From: an uncultured Gammaproteobacteria bacterium
GTDB taxonomy: Bacteria; Pseudomonadota; Gammaproteobacteria; Chromatiales; Chromatiaceae
Assembly: GCA_963765415.1 (NCBI GenBank)
Contig: CAVXWS010000087.1
Coordinates: 1 to 48,454, forward strand
Direction of reading: 5' to 3'
Length of the DNA: 48,454 nucleotides
The notes under the pieces are model-generated. The model ran no database searches. It worked only from the letters and a program-made list of their open reading frames with translations, and was not told where the DNA came from. Position 1 is the stretch's first letter, and every line of letters starts with the position of its first letter. Made by a program: the position numbers and the translations under genes. This document shows, piece by piece, positions 10,777-21,490 of this stretch.

Positions 10777-11773
10777 ATGTCCACCGCACCGCGTGACCAC
10801 TTGCCTGCGGGCACCCGACTGGATTGCTACCGTATCATCAAACTGATCGGCAGCGGCGGTTTCAGCCTGATCTATCTGGCCGAGGACGAGGACACGCACG
10901 ACGAGGTGGCGATCAAGGAGTACCTGCCGAAGCGCTTCGGCCAGCGTGAGGGCAGCGGACCGGTCGAGGTGCGGACGAGAGCCAGCAGTCCGGCTTCCAC
11001 CGCGGCCGTCGCCTGTTCTACCAGGAGGCACGTCCTGGCCGACATGCACCATCCCAACATCGTCAATGTCCGCAACTGTTTTCTGGCCAACAACACCGCC
11101 TACCTGGTGATGGACTACGAACCGGGCAAGAATCTCGGCCGCTACATCAAAAAGCGCCAGGGCGGGCTCGAGCACCAACTTTCATCTTGACCGTGTTCCC
11201 GCCCCTGCTCGATGCCCTGGCACTGATCCATGGCCGCCATCACCTGCATCTGGACATCAAGCCGAGCAATATCCACCTGCGCCCCGGCGGCAACCCGCTG
11301 CTGCTGGATTTTGGCGCCGTCTACCACCTCAACCCGAGCAACCCGGAACACAAGGCCCAGGTGATCACGCCCGGTTTCTCGCCGCTGGAGCAGTACCATA
11401 TCGATCTCCGGAGTGGGCTCCTGGACCGACGTCTACGCCGTCGGCGCCACCATGCGCGCCTGCATCGAGGGCAAACCGCCACCGCCGGCGATCGAACGGC
11501 AGAAAGAGGACACGCTGCAACCCGCGGTCGAGCTGTATCGCGACCGATACCCTGCCTATCTGCTCGAGGCCATCGATTGGGCCATGGCCCTGCAAGCCAA
11601 GAACCGGCCGCAGACCGCAGCCGATCTGCGCCATGCGCTGATGCTGCCGACCGACCGGCCGACCCAACCCGGCGAGATCGCAGCGCCCAGGGTTGAAGGC
11701 CGCGCCGAGCATCTACGCACCGTGCAAGGTCGGCGGCTTCAACATCGACCCACTTCTCGAGGACACCTCATGA
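10777..11773 (+). pseudogene. Ser/Thr protein kinase (Hanks-type), with several frame switches as assembled
   Basis: Subdomain I/II (IKLIGSGGFSLIYLAED...VAIKEYLPKRF), catalytic loop HLDIKPSNIHL, DFG, and activation/APE-like region ([13 protein letters not shown]). Segments lie in frames 1, 3 and 2 in turn. Stop TGA overlaps the rph ATG. Confidence 0.65.
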
Positions 11774-12498
11774 GACCGAGCGGCCGCGCGCCCGATCAGA
11801 TGCGTGAACTGAGCTTCACCCGCAACTTCACCAAACACGCCGAGGGCTCCGTGCTGGTCGCGTTCGGCGATACCCAGGTGCTCTGCACCGCAGTCCGTCG
11901 ACGAGCGCAGTCCCGCGCTGGCTGCGCGACCAGGGCACCGGCGGCTGGGTCACCGCCGAATACGGCATGCTGCCGCGCTCCACCAACGAGCCGCATGGGG
12001 CGCGAGGCGGCGCGCGGCAAGCAGGGCGGGCGCACCCTGGAGATCCAGCGCCTGATCGGCCGCTCGCTGCGCGCCGCGGTCGACCTGGGCGAACTGGGCG
12101 AGCGCACCATCACCCTCGACTGCGACGTCATCCAGGCCGACGGCGGCACCCGCACCGCCTCCATCACCGGCGCCTTCGTGGCGCTGCAGCGACGCCATCG
12201 ATCGGCCTGCTCGAGCAGGGCGGCCTGGCGGCGAACCCGATCATCGGGCCACGTCGCCTCGGTCTCGGTCGGGCATCTACCAGGGCACGCCGGTGCTCGA
12301 CCTCGACTACGCCGAGGACTCCAACGCCGAGACCGACATGAACGTGGTCATGAACGACGCCGGCGGCTTCATCGAGGTCCAGGGCACCGCCGAGGGCGCG
12401 CCCTTCTACCGGCGAGGAGATGGACGCCATGCTCGGCGCTGGCCCGCAAGGGCATCGGCGAGATCATCGCGGCGCAGAAAGCGGCGCTGGCCACCTGA
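11770..12498 (+). pseudogene. rph: Ribonuclease PH, broken into >=5 frame segments as assembled
   Basis: [41 protein letters not shown]... then [15 protein letters not shown] / [57 protein letters not shown] / [37 protein letters not shown] / [18 protein letters not shown]. All collinear with E. coli RNase PH but in alternating frames. Confidence 0.8.
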
Positions 12499-12521
12499 CC
12501 AGACAGCGAGAAAAGCCCCGC

Positions 12522-13127
12522 ATGCACCCGCACCCAGCCCCCAGAGCCGTACTCGCCAGCGGCAACGCCGGCAAGCTGCGCGAATTCAAGCGCCTGCTGG
12601 CCGACGCGCACATCGAGGTCGAGCCACAGTCCGGATTCGACGTACCCGAGGCCGAGGAGACCGGCCTGAGCTTCGTCGAGAACGCCATTCTCAAGGCGCG
12701 CAACGCCGCCCGGCACAGCGGCCTGCCGGCGATCGCCGACGATTCCGGGCTCGAGGTGGATGCTCTGAACGGCGCCCCGGGGATCTATTCGGCCCGCTAC
12801 GCCGGACCCGGCTGCAGCGATGCCGACAACAACCAGAAGCTTCTGCGGGAATTGTCAGGGGTCAAGGAGGAAGACCGCAGTGCGCGCTTCCAGTGCGTCA
12901 TCGTCTATCTGCGTCACGCCGAGGACCCGACGCCGCTGATCTGCCAGGGGACCTGGGAAGGCCGGATCCTGAACGCCGAACAGGGCGACAACGGCTTCGG
13001 CTACGACCCCCTGTTCTTCGTCCCGGACACCGGCTGCAGCTCGGCCGAGCTGGATCCCGACACCAAGAATCGCCTGAGCCATCGCGGACAGGCGCTGCGG
13101 CAGTTGCTCGCCGTCCTGTCTCAATAA
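12522..13127 (+). CDS. rdgB: dITP/XTP pyrophosphatase (RdgB/HAM1 family)
   Basis: [17 protein letters not shown]...[26 protein letters not shown]...[10 protein letters not shown]...[11 protein letters not shown] matches E. coli RdgB motifs; intact. Confidence 0.85.
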   Translation: MHPHPAPRAVLASGNAGKLREFKRLLADAHIEVEPQSGFDVPEAEETGLSFVENAILKARNAARHSGLPAIADDSGLEVDALNGAPGIYSARYAGPGCSDADNNQKLLRELSGVKEEDRSARFQCVIVYLRHAEDPTPLICQGTWEGRILNAEQGDNGFGYDPLFFVPDTGCSSAELDPDTKNRLSHRGQALRQLLAVLSQ

Positions 13128-13278
13128 GGAACCGGGGTCGGAGCCGATTGGGACTCCGACACCCTATGGGAGCGGCGCCCTCGCCGCGATAGTGCCTTTA
13201 CCAAAGCCGATTCGGCGCGAGGCGCGCCTCCCACGGCAAGGATCGACCAACCCCACCGGGAATCTCACACCCGCTCGA

Positions 13279-13728
13279 TCAATTCGATCGCGTCAGGCGC
13301 TCGACCGTCTTGAACTCATTCTCGACCAGGGGCGGGGCAATGACCTGCGGGACGTGGCACTGGGTGCAGAAATAACGCCGCGCCGCCAAAGAACCGAGCC
13401 TCTCGCCATCGCGGGTCTGATAATGCGACTCGCTGACCGCGGTGGCCTCTTTCTCTTTCGCATTTTCCTTGCTGTGACAGTCCATGCATTTATTCTCTTT
13501 GAGGTTCACCGCATAGCTTTCGACCTTGTGCGGCACCACCGGCGGCTGCTCTTCGAAGGTCCGGGCGATCTTCTCCTTGTCCTTGACGATCTTGAGATCC
13601 TCGGTCTCCACCGAGCCTGCGGGAATGTCCTGCGCCCCGCGTAAGGATTGCAGCGAGCCGGCCATACCTTGCGCCGACAACAGCAGACCAGCGGTTACTA
13701 CCCCGATCCAAATCCATCTTTTCATGAC
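13279..13728 (-). CDS. napB: Periplasmic nitrate reductase diheme cytochrome c subunit NapB
   Basis: Signal peptide MKRWIWIGVVTAGLLLSAQG and two heme motifs CMDCH and CTQCH in a ~150-aa protein; last gene of the nap cluster. Confidence 0.85.
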   Translation of the reverse strand, partial: VMKRWIWIGVVTAGLLLSAQGMAGSLQSLRGAQDIPAGSVETEDLKIVKDKEKIARTFEEQPPVVPHKVESYAVNLKENKCMDCHSKENAKEKEATAVSESHYQTRDGERLGSLAARRYFCTQCHVPQVIAPPLVENEFKTVERLTRSN

Positions 13729-14624
13729 ATAGCCTCTCTCTTGTTGCCGAGTTCGACGGCCGTTGAACCCTTTCCAAAGCGGGTGGAAAACTCGAAGACA
13801 TCCTGTGAGCAGACATCGATGCAGCGTCCGCAATTCGTACAGTTACCATCCATAATCACGCGCCCCAGTCCCTTGTCTCCGCCCTTGAGCGCCGGATTGA
13901 TGACCTGGTGCTCGGGACAGATCGCGTAGCAATCCATGCAATCGTTGCAGTGCTCGCGCCGCGCGGCGCTGACCCGCAGCACGCTGGCCTTGCCCACCAG
14001 GCTGTAGAAGGCGCCGACCGGACACAGATGACCGCACCAGCCGCGCCGACTGACGATCAGGTCGAACAGAAATACCGCCGCGACCATGAACCAGGCCAGG
14101 CCCATACCGAACACCAGACCCCGAAACACCATGCTGACCGGATTGACCAGCTCCCAGAGGATGCTGCCGGAGAGCACGGCCCCGAGCAGAACGGCGCCGA
14201 GCAGCCAGTACCGGGCCTGGCGGGACAGGTGCGCACCGCCCTTGATGTTGAGCCGATGGCGCAGCCACTCGGCGGCATCGGTGACGATGTTGACCGGACA
14301 GACCCAGGAGCAGTAGACCCGCCCGCCGACCAGCAGGTAGAACAGCAGCACGATCGCGGCCCCGACAAAGGCCGTCAGCAGCGGCACGTGTCCGGCGAAC
14401 AGTTCCTGCAGCAGCACCAGCGGATCGGTCAACGGCAAGCACCCCAGCGTCAGACTGGAGGCGAGGTTGCCCTTGACGATCCACCAGCCGAACCAGGGGC
14501 CGATCAGGAACAGCGCCAGCACCGCCAACTGGCTGACGCGACGCAGCAACAGCCACTGGTGCGCCCTCAGCCAGCCCTTGGCTTCGAATGGCTCACGACC
14601 CGGCGTGGCGGGAACCGCTGCCAC
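13722..14624 (-). CDS. napH: Nap ferredoxin-type membrane protein NapH
   Basis: Polytopic N-terminal half with CxxC motifs plus C-terminal 4Fe-4S ferredoxin motifs (CNDCMDCYAICP, CTNCGRCIDVCS); sits between napG and napB. Confidence 0.85.
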   Translation of the reverse strand: MAAVPATPGREPFEAKGWLRAHQWLLLRRVSQLAVLALFLIGPWFGWWIVKGNLASSLTLGCLPLTDPLVLLQELFAGHVPLLTAFVGAAIVLLFYLLVGGRVYCSWVCPVNIVTDAAEWLRHRLNIKGGAHLSRQARYWLLGAVLLGAVLSGSILWELVNPVSMVFRGLVFGMGLAWFMVAAVFLFDLIVSRRGWCGHLCPVGAFYSLVGKASVLRVSAARREHCNDCMDCYAICPEHQVINPALKGGDKGLGRVIMDGNCTNCGRCIDVCSQDVFEFSTRFGKGSTAVELGNKREAMS

Positions 14625-14696
14625 CTCAGAGCCCGCCCTTACGATTCAGCGTATCCAGCGGATTCGGCGAAAAAGGCGAATCAGCTGGCTCGCGAA

Positions 14697-15476
14697 TCAG
14701 ACCCCGCCCTCGTAGTCGTAGCGCATACCCTCGGGCAGGTTGTACCGATGCTCGCGATCCGGTGTCACCAGACTGCCGCCGGCGCTCTTCTTCTGCTCCC
14801 AACCGAGCCGGTAGTGCTTGCCGAGCAGGCCCTTGGCCAGGGCGATCGGAAACACCTTGATCGCCGCCTCATCGAGGATGCAGGCCTTCTCGCACTTGCC
14901 GCAGCCGGTGCAGCCGTCCGAATGCACCACCGGGATGAACAGCGCGTGCTTGCCGCTGCGCTCGTTGTGCTGATAGTTCAGCGAGATCGCCTCGCCGCGA
15001 ATCGGACAGACATTGAAGCAGACCTCGCAGCGCAGGCCCTGGAAGGCGATGCAGGCCTCCTGGTCGACCACCACCGCCAGCCCCATGCGGGCGTCGTTGA
15101 TCTCGGTCAGTTCGGGATCCAGGGCCTCGGTCGGACAGGCCTTGACGCAGGGGATATCCGTGCACATCTCGCACGGCACCTCGCGGGCCTCGAAGTACGG
15201 CGTGCCCAGGGTGACCGGATCACCGAGTTCGGCCAGCTTCAGGGTGTCATAGGGACAATCGCGAACGCACAGCCCGCAGCGCACACAGGCCCCGAGGAAG
15301 TCCTCCTCGGCCCCGGCGCCGGGCGGCCGAATCGCAGTCGCCGGCAGGGCCCGCGACTGCTTCTGGTACAGACCGAGGCCGAGCACCACCAGGCCGGCGC
15401 CGGAGGCGAGGCGAACCGAATCGACCAGAAACCGTCGTCGGCCGGCATTGGGGGCTTGGTCGGATTTGGCGCTCAT
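14697..15476 (-). CDS. napG: Nap ferredoxin-type protein NapG (Tat-exported, 4x[4Fe-4S])
   Basis: Twin-arginine motif GRRRFLVDS and four Cys clusters ([46 protein letters not shown]). Confidence 0.85.
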   Translation of the reverse strand: MSAKSDQAPNAGRRRFLVDSVRLASGAGLVVLGLGLYQKQSRALPATAIRPPGAGAEEDFLGACVRCGLCVRDCPYDTLKLAELGDPVTLGTPYFEAREVPCEMCTDIPCVKACPTEALDPELTEINDARMGLAVVVDQEACIAFQGLRCEVCFNVCPIRGEAISLNYQHNERSGKHALFIPVVHSDGCTGCGKCEKACILDEAAIKVFPIALAKGLLGKHYRLGWEQKKSAGGSLVTPDREHRYNLPEGMRYDYEGGV

Positions 15477-15523
15477 TGCTGGATGCTCCGTCTCAAGCGG
15501 GCGCGGGTCTTTCCCCGCGCCCG

Positions 15524-18083
15524 CTAACGGCAGACGCCTAGGCCTTCATCACCTTGACCGCACACTTCTTGTAGTCGGTCTCTTTCGACAAGCGGATCGG
15601 TCGCGTCCAGGATCAGCTTGTTGACCAGACGACCGGCATCGAAGAAGGGAACGAACACCATGCCCTCGGGCATCTTGTTGCGACCGCGGGTATCGACCCG
15701 GGCGGTGATCTCGCCGCGCCGACTGACGATCTTGGCCAGCTTGCCGTCGCGCAGGCCGCGCCTCTTCGCGTCCTCCGGGTTCATGAACACCATCGCGTCG
15801 GGGTAGGAGCGATACAGCTCCGGCACCCGGCGGGTCATCGAACCGGAGTGCCAGTGCTCCAGCACCCGCCCGGTCGACATCCACATGTCGTATTCGCCGT
15901 CCGGCGACTCGGCCGGCGGCTCGTAGGGCGCGAAGATGATGTTGGCGCGCCCGTCCGGGTTGCCGTAGAACTTCACGCCCTCCTCCGCCGAGACATACGG
16001 ATCGAAACCGGCGCGGTAGCGCCACAGGGTCTCCTTGCCGTCGATGACCGGCCAGCGCAGGCCGCGCACCTTGTGATACTCGTCGAACTCGGCCAGTTCG
16101 TGGCCCTTCTTCGGCCCCTCCAGACCGAAGCGGCGATACTCCTCGTACAGCCCTTTCTGCAGATAGAAACCGAACGCATCCATCTCGTCGTTGTGGTAGG
16201 CGTTGCCGCGGTCGTCGGTCACCTGCTGCTTGGGGTACTTGTCGACCGCACCGTTGGCGTACAGGACGTCGTACAGGGTCTTGCCGCGATACTCGGGCTT
16301 CTTCGCCAGCAGTTCCTCGGGCCAGACCTCTTCGATCTTGAAGCGCTTGGAGAACTCGACGAACTGCCACAGGTCCGAACGCGATTCGCCCGGCGCCTTG
16401 ACCTGCTGACGCCAGAACTGGGTGCGACGCTCGGCGTTGCCGAAGGCCCCTTCTTTCTCGGTCCACATGGCGGTCGGCAGCACCAGGTCGGCGGCCATCG
16501 CCGAGACCGTCGGATAGGGGTCGGAGACGACGACGAAGGCCTCGGGATTGCGCCAGCCCGGGTACATCTCTTCGTTGATGTTCGGTCCGGCCTGCATGTT
16601 GTTGTTGGTGGTCACCCAGTAGCAGTTGAGCTTGCCGTCCTTCAGCATGCGGCTCTGCAGCACGGCGTGATAGCCGACCTTGCCGGGGACGGTGCCCTCG
16701 GGCAGCTGCCAGATCTTCTCGGCAGAAGTCGCGGTGCGGCTTCTTGCACCACCAGGTCGGCCGGCAGGCGATGGGCGAAGGTGCCGACCTCGCGGGCGGT
16801 GCCGCAGGCCGACGGCTGACCGGTCAGCGAGAACGGGCCGTTGCCCGGCTCGGAGATCTTGCCGATCAGCAGGTGGACGTTGTAGCAGCAGGCCATTGAC
16901 CCAGACGCCGCGGATGTGCTGGTTGAAGCCCATGGTCCAGTAGGAGACGACCTTCTTGTTCGGATCGGCATAGAGCTTGGCCAGACGCTCCAGCTTCTCC
17001 TTGGGCACCCCGGACAGCTCGCGAGGTGTACTCCAGGGTGTAGTCGGCCACCGACTTCGCGTACTCCTCGAAGCTGATCTTGGTCAGCTTGCCCTTGCCC
17101 GCGTTCTTCGCCGCCTTCTCCAGCGGATGGTCGGGACGCAGGCCGTAGCCGATGTCGGTCGGCGTCTTGGTGAAGTTGACGTGCTTGTTGACGAAGTCCC
17201 GGTTGAACGCCTCGTTCTGGATGATGTAGTTGGCGATGTAGTTGAGAATCGCCAGATCGGTCTGCGGCTTGAAGATCATCCCGTTGTCGGCCAGCTCGAA
17301 GCAGCGGTGCTCGAAGGTCGACAGCACGTGGACCTCGCAGCCCGGCTTGGTCAGGCGCGTGTCGGTCAGACGCGACCAGAGGATCGGGTGCATCTCGGCC
17401 ATGTTGGCGCCCCAGAGCACGAAGGCGTCGGCGTGCTCCAGGTCGTCGTAGCAGCCCATCGGCTCGTCGATGCCGAAGGCGCGGATGAAGGCGCCCACGG
17501 CCGAGGCCATGCAGTGGCGGGCGTTGGGGTCGAGGTTGTTGGAGCGGAAGCCGGCCTTGATAGAGCTTGGAGGCGGCATAGCCCTCGCACACGGTCCACT
17601 GACCGGAGCCGAACATGCCGACCCGCGAGGTCAGTCTGATCGACCGGCTTGCCCTTGTTCTCCTCCATGCTGCGCTTGATCGCCGCCTTCCACTTCTCGG
17701 CCATGACGTCGAAGGCCTCGTCCCAGGAGACCGGCTCGAAATCGCCGTTCTTGTCGTACTTGCCGTTCTTCTTGCGCAGCAGCGGCTGGGTCAGCCGGTC
17801 CTTGCCGTACATGATCTTCGGCAGGAAATAGCCCTTGATGCAGTTCAGGCCGCGGTTGACCGGCGCATCGGGATCGCCCTGGCTGGCGACGATGCGGTCG
17901 TCCTTGACGCCGACCAGTACCGAGCAGCCGGTGCCGCAGAAGCGGCACGGCGCCTTGTCCCAACGCAGATCGTCGGCTGCCGGCCGCGAGCGCCTCCTGC
18001 ACACCGGGAATAGTCACACCGGCGGCCGCCGCGGTTGCGGCCACTGCCTGGGTCTTGATGAAATCTCTGCGCGTCAGTTTCAT
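15524..18083 (-). pseudogene. napA: Periplasmic nitrate reductase catalytic subunit NapA, full length but split across >=5 frames as assembled
   Basis: Tat signal [40 protein letters not shown]...[34 protein letters not shown]. ...[16 protein letters not shown]...[13 protein letters not shown]...[41 protein letters not shown]...[14 protein letters not shown]... Fragments are collinear with E. coli NapA. Confidence 0.85.
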
Positions 18084-18346
18084 TGGGCCGACTCCTCTAG
18101 GGGTTCGCTCGTATCCGTGTGTTGATAGACCAGGGCCGCCGACAGCACCCCGTCGATGTACTGAATGCCGGTGACGGTCTCCGCGCACATGCGTGCCTCG
18201 GTGTCCTCCACCGTGACGATCAATCGGCCGTCATCCGACTGGCCGTGAAGCTCGACGCCGGGCAGCTTGCCCAGCTCCGTTCGCACCCGCTCGAGGTCCG
18301 CGAGGCGGACGTGAACCAGCACGCCGGAGATATTGAAGTCGTTCAT
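18080..18346 (-). CDS. napD: NapA chaperone NapD
   Basis: Small (~88 aa) protein MNDFNISGVLVHVRLADLERVRTELGKLPGVELHGQSDDGRLIVTVE between napF and napA; NapD-like ferredoxin fold pattern. Confidence 0.75.
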   Translation of the reverse strand: MNDFNISGVLVHVRLADLERVRTELGKLPGVELHGQSDDGRLIVTVEDTEARMCAETVTGIQYIDGVLSAALVYQHTDTSEPLEESAQ

Positions 18347-18864
18347 GCCGCCGCCTCCGATGGTGTGTTTCGAATCGCGACCGAGCCGGTCGGACAGGGC
18401 TGCAGGCAGGCACCACACCCCGTGCAGGCGACTGCCGAGATCTCCGGGACCGCCCGCCCGCCGGTCTGCAGACGAAATCGAATGGCGCCGCTCGGACAAT
18501 GGTCGCCGCAGGTCCGGCAGGTTATTCCACGTATTGACAGGCAAGAGTCGTCGATCTGTACGCTCAGCGAGTAGGCGGAAGACTTATCCCGGCTGTCGCC
18601 GCGCAAGGCACCGGGCTTGCAGACATCGAGACAGGCCGCGCAAAAAGTGCAGGCGCCCAGACGAAAATTGACGGTTGGAAATCCACCATCTCCGCGGCTC
18701 AAGATCCCGACCTCACAGGCGCCGATGCAGGCGTCACATCGGTCACAGGCGGTCGTGAACGCGGCTTCGGGCAAGGCCCAGGGTGGTCGCAGCGGGTGAA
18801 CCTCACTTCTGACCCGACCACGCAACAGCTGACGCCGTCGCAGATCGATCGCACTACTCGTCAT
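18343..18864 (-). CDS. napF: Ferredoxin-type protein NapF
   Basis: Cys clusters CDRCDACIGACE, CTFCAACLDVCK, CRTCGDHCPSGA, CTGCGACLQPCP; first gene of napFDAGHB. Confidence 0.8.
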   Translation of the reverse strand: MTSSAIDLRRRQLLRGRVRSEVHPLRPPWALPEAAFTTACDRCDACIGACEVGILSRGDGGFPTVNFRLGACTFCAACLDVCKPGALRGDSRDKSSAYSLSVQIDDSCLSIRGITCRTCGDHCPSGAIRFRLQTGGRAVPEISAVACTGCGACLQPCPTGSVAIRNTPSEAAA

Positions 18865-19054
18865 GAATCCTCCTTTGGCCTTCTATCTTCCTATCTTCTT
18901 ATTGAGCTTAGGAAATTGCCCGGCAATAAGAGCATTGGCTCGTTGCCGATAAACTTGAGGAAGGTCAAGACTGAATGGCAGGCTGGGCTTTGGTTGACGC
19001 CGCTCAAATGCGACGACACGGGCTCTGAGCCCGCGATCAGCTGGGTCCAAACCC

Positions 19055-19510
19055 TCAATGCCGAGCGAACTCCTCGTCACCATCACGGCTGTCCAGCCAC
19101 GCCAGCACCGGATCGATGTCCGTGCTCAACTCGGGCTTCAGCCGTTTGGCCTCGTTGAACGCCGCTCGGGCCAGTTCGTGGCGACCGAGGTGAAGGTAGG
19201 CCATGCCCATACCGACGAAGGCGCGGGCCTGTTCGCCGTCGAGCGAGATCGCCCGTTGAAAACTCTTGACGGCATCCGAGTACTGCTGCTGCATGAGATA
19301 CATGCCGCCGAGGCGGGCGTGCGCGTCGGCGTTGTCCGGTCGCTGTTCGATCACTCGGGCATAGGACTCGATCGCCTCGGCCAGCTTGCCTTCGGCCGCC
19401 AGGCGATCGCCGGCTGACAAGCTGTTCTTCGGCGAACGACACCTGCAGGCCAACAATGGCGAGGACAGGGCCACGGTCACCAGGACAAACGTAAAGGGGT
19501 AACGCCTCAT
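19055..19510 (-). CDS. TPR-repeat protein with signal/lipoprotein-like N-terminus
   Basis: MRRYPFTFVLVTVALSSPLLAC followed by TPR-like helices (AEAIESYARVIEQRPDNADAHARLGGMYLMQQQYSDAVKSFQRAISLD...); directly downstream of the octaheme cytochrome gene. Confidence 0.6.
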   Translation of the reverse strand: MRRYPFTFVLVTVALSSPLLACRCRSPKNSLSAGDRLAAEGKLAEAIESYARVIEQRPDNADAHARLGGMYLMQQQYSDAVKSFQRAISLDGEQARAFVGMGMAYLHLGRHELARAAFNEAKRLKPELSTDIDPVLAWLDSRDGDEEFARH

Positions 19511-19580
19511 GGCGCGGTCCTCCACAAGAAGGTAAACGGTGGAAAAAGCCCGGCCAGAAAGGCCGGGCTCGGGCGGGAAC

Positions 19581-21069
19581 TTACTTCAGCGCGCCTTTAC
19601 CGTAGCGCTCTTCGAAGCCCTTGCGGACCTTGTCGATCTGGTCTTTGCTCATCCCCTCGAAGTACCAGGAGTGCCCTTCGATCGGCTTGAAGTACTTCGC
19701 CAGCATCTCGTCGGCGAACTTCTCGTTGCCGTCCTTTTTCATTGCGACTTCCTTCAACTCCGGAATCCACTTCAGATAGGTGTGCTTGGCAACGTCGTAG
19801 ATGCCGTGCCACCAAGTGTAGTCCGGACCGCTCATCGAGGCGCCGTGACGGGCGCGACGGCCCTCGTGGTGCCAGATCTCCCACCAGGTCCATTCGATCT
19901 TGTCGTCGAACGGGGCTGGGCGTGATGTAGCCGGCCTTCTTCAGCTCGCCCATGACGGCGGCGATCGGCTCGGCAAACTTCTCGTTGTAGAGGTCGACCA
20001 CGTCGTCGAACTGCTTGTAGTGACCCTCGATCACGCCGTCGCTGTGGCAGGCGGCGCAGACCTCCTGCATCTTCTCGCGGCGATCCTGCCAGGTCAGTAC
20101 CTCGACCACCTTAGAGCCCTTGGCCGCTTCGCCGACCTTCGGGATAGCGCCGCCTTCCTTGACGTCGAACTCGTCACCGTTCTCCAGCTTGACCAGATTG
20201 ATCTTCTGCGAGATGGGCGGACGCAGGGTCCAGGAGATGCGCTCGCCGACGTTGTGCGTCTTGGGCTGATCGCCGCCGCGGCTCATGTGACAGGTGGCGC
20301 AGGTCGGTGCGGCCGAGTAGTCGACACCGGCGACCCACTTGTCGGACTCGAGATTCATTTCGTCCATCTTGGCGCGATAGATGATGCCGTGCTTGGACTC
20401 GTTGTAGACCTCGATCTGCGGGTGATCGGGACCGACGTGGCACTTGCCGCAGGTATCCGGTGTGCGGGCCTGGGCCTTGGAGAAGCGGTGACGACCGTGA
20501 CAGGCGGTGCAGGAGCCCGAGGAGCCGTCCGGATTGATCCGGCCGATGCCGGTGTTCGGCCAGGTGGTCGGGATCGGCTTGCCCTTGTTCTTACCCGAGG
20601 TGAAGACCTCGATCTTGGCGCCGTGACACTGGCGGCAGCCGACATTGACCGCGGCGGGACCACCGACGACCTCACCGAGCAGGTTGTCGAGCGAGGCCAG
20701 GATCGCGCCGGCCTTGGAGTGATGCGAACCGTCCATCTCCTCGAACTCGGTCTGGTGGCAACGCGAGCAGTCCTTCGGCGAGACGATGATAGAGATCAAC
20801 TGCTCTTTGTGCGAAAAGGCATCGATGTCATCCTTCTCCGCCTTGTGGCAGTCGAGGCAATTGACGCCCGCCTGACCGTGCTGACTGTTGTTCCATTCCT
20901 GGGTCAGACCCGGGTTTTCGGTCGCGTGACAATCGACGCACTCCTGGCCGGCCGGGTCGCCCCAGTCCTTGCCGATTTCACCCGCCGGTCGGGCCGCCCA
21001 CACGGCGCTGGCAAGGGAATAGATTGCGACCCCGATCAGGAACCGCGACAGAACTCCGGTAATGCGCAT
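19581..21069 (-). CDS. Octaheme cytochrome c, hydroxylamine oxidoreductase (HAO) family; one frame disruption near 19840-19900
   Basis: Signal peptide plus eight CxxCH motifs (CVDCH, CLDCH, CSRCH, CRQCH, CTACH, CGKCH, CATCH, CAACH). No CxxCK. C-terminal ~85 aa continue in ORF 19581-19835. Confidence 0.75.
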
Positions 21070-21374
21070 ATGGACAACCTCCGCGCCCAGGCCGATGGAA
21101 GGTTCACCGACGCTGGGGGCTGTTTGTTATTGAGGCCCGATCAGCGGACAGTCCGCTGATCCCGACGAAAGCAACACCCGATGCACAAAAGGCCCATCGA
21201 GCCGTACAACCCGGCGTGGACTGACCCCGATCGCCGATTGCCGGAACGATAGATAGCACGCGTATAACCCCGCAAACCTTGAGGCGTCTCAAGAACGCGA
21301 ATTCGTACACTGGGAAAATTCTCTTGAAACTCATTTATTTATTAATTTTTGATTATCTGAATTACTTGCCAATC

Positions 21375-21388
21375 TTGATATTCGTCAA
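21375..21388. promoter_or_regulatory. FNR/Dnr-type box TTGAT-N4-GTCAA in an AT-rich divergent promoter region
   Basis: TTGATATTCGTCAA is one mismatch from the TTGAT-N4-ATCAA consensus. It lies ~105 bp upstream of the Crp/Fnr regulator gene and upstream of the hao/nap cluster, in the only AT-rich stretch of this region. Confidence 0.4.
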
Positions 21389-21490
21389 GTTATGCTGCCA
21401 ACTCTGCCCGGATGCTTACGTTGGAACTCCAGGACACGGGCCGTGCCCGACGACCGCAAAGACTGAGTTGGAACCCAGCCGGCTACTGAG

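Noticed and set aside
13140-13279. Short imperfect hairpin (GTCGGAG…CTCCGAC) between convergent rdgB and napB
   Set aside because: Stem only 7 bp with a long loop and no U-tract; too weak to call a terminator
15848-16819. 323-aa plus-strand ORF antisense to napA
   Set aside because: Shadow ORF; the napA fragments on the minus strand match NapA collinearly
19581-21069. Whether the octaheme protein is a TvNiR/NrfA-type nitrite reductase
   Set aside because: All eight heme sites are CxxCH with no CxxCK catalytic-heme motif, so I call it HAO-family and leave function open
19900-21159. 419-aa plus-strand ORF antisense to the octaheme cytochrome gene
   Set aside because: Shadow ORF; the minus strand encodes eight CxxCH motifs
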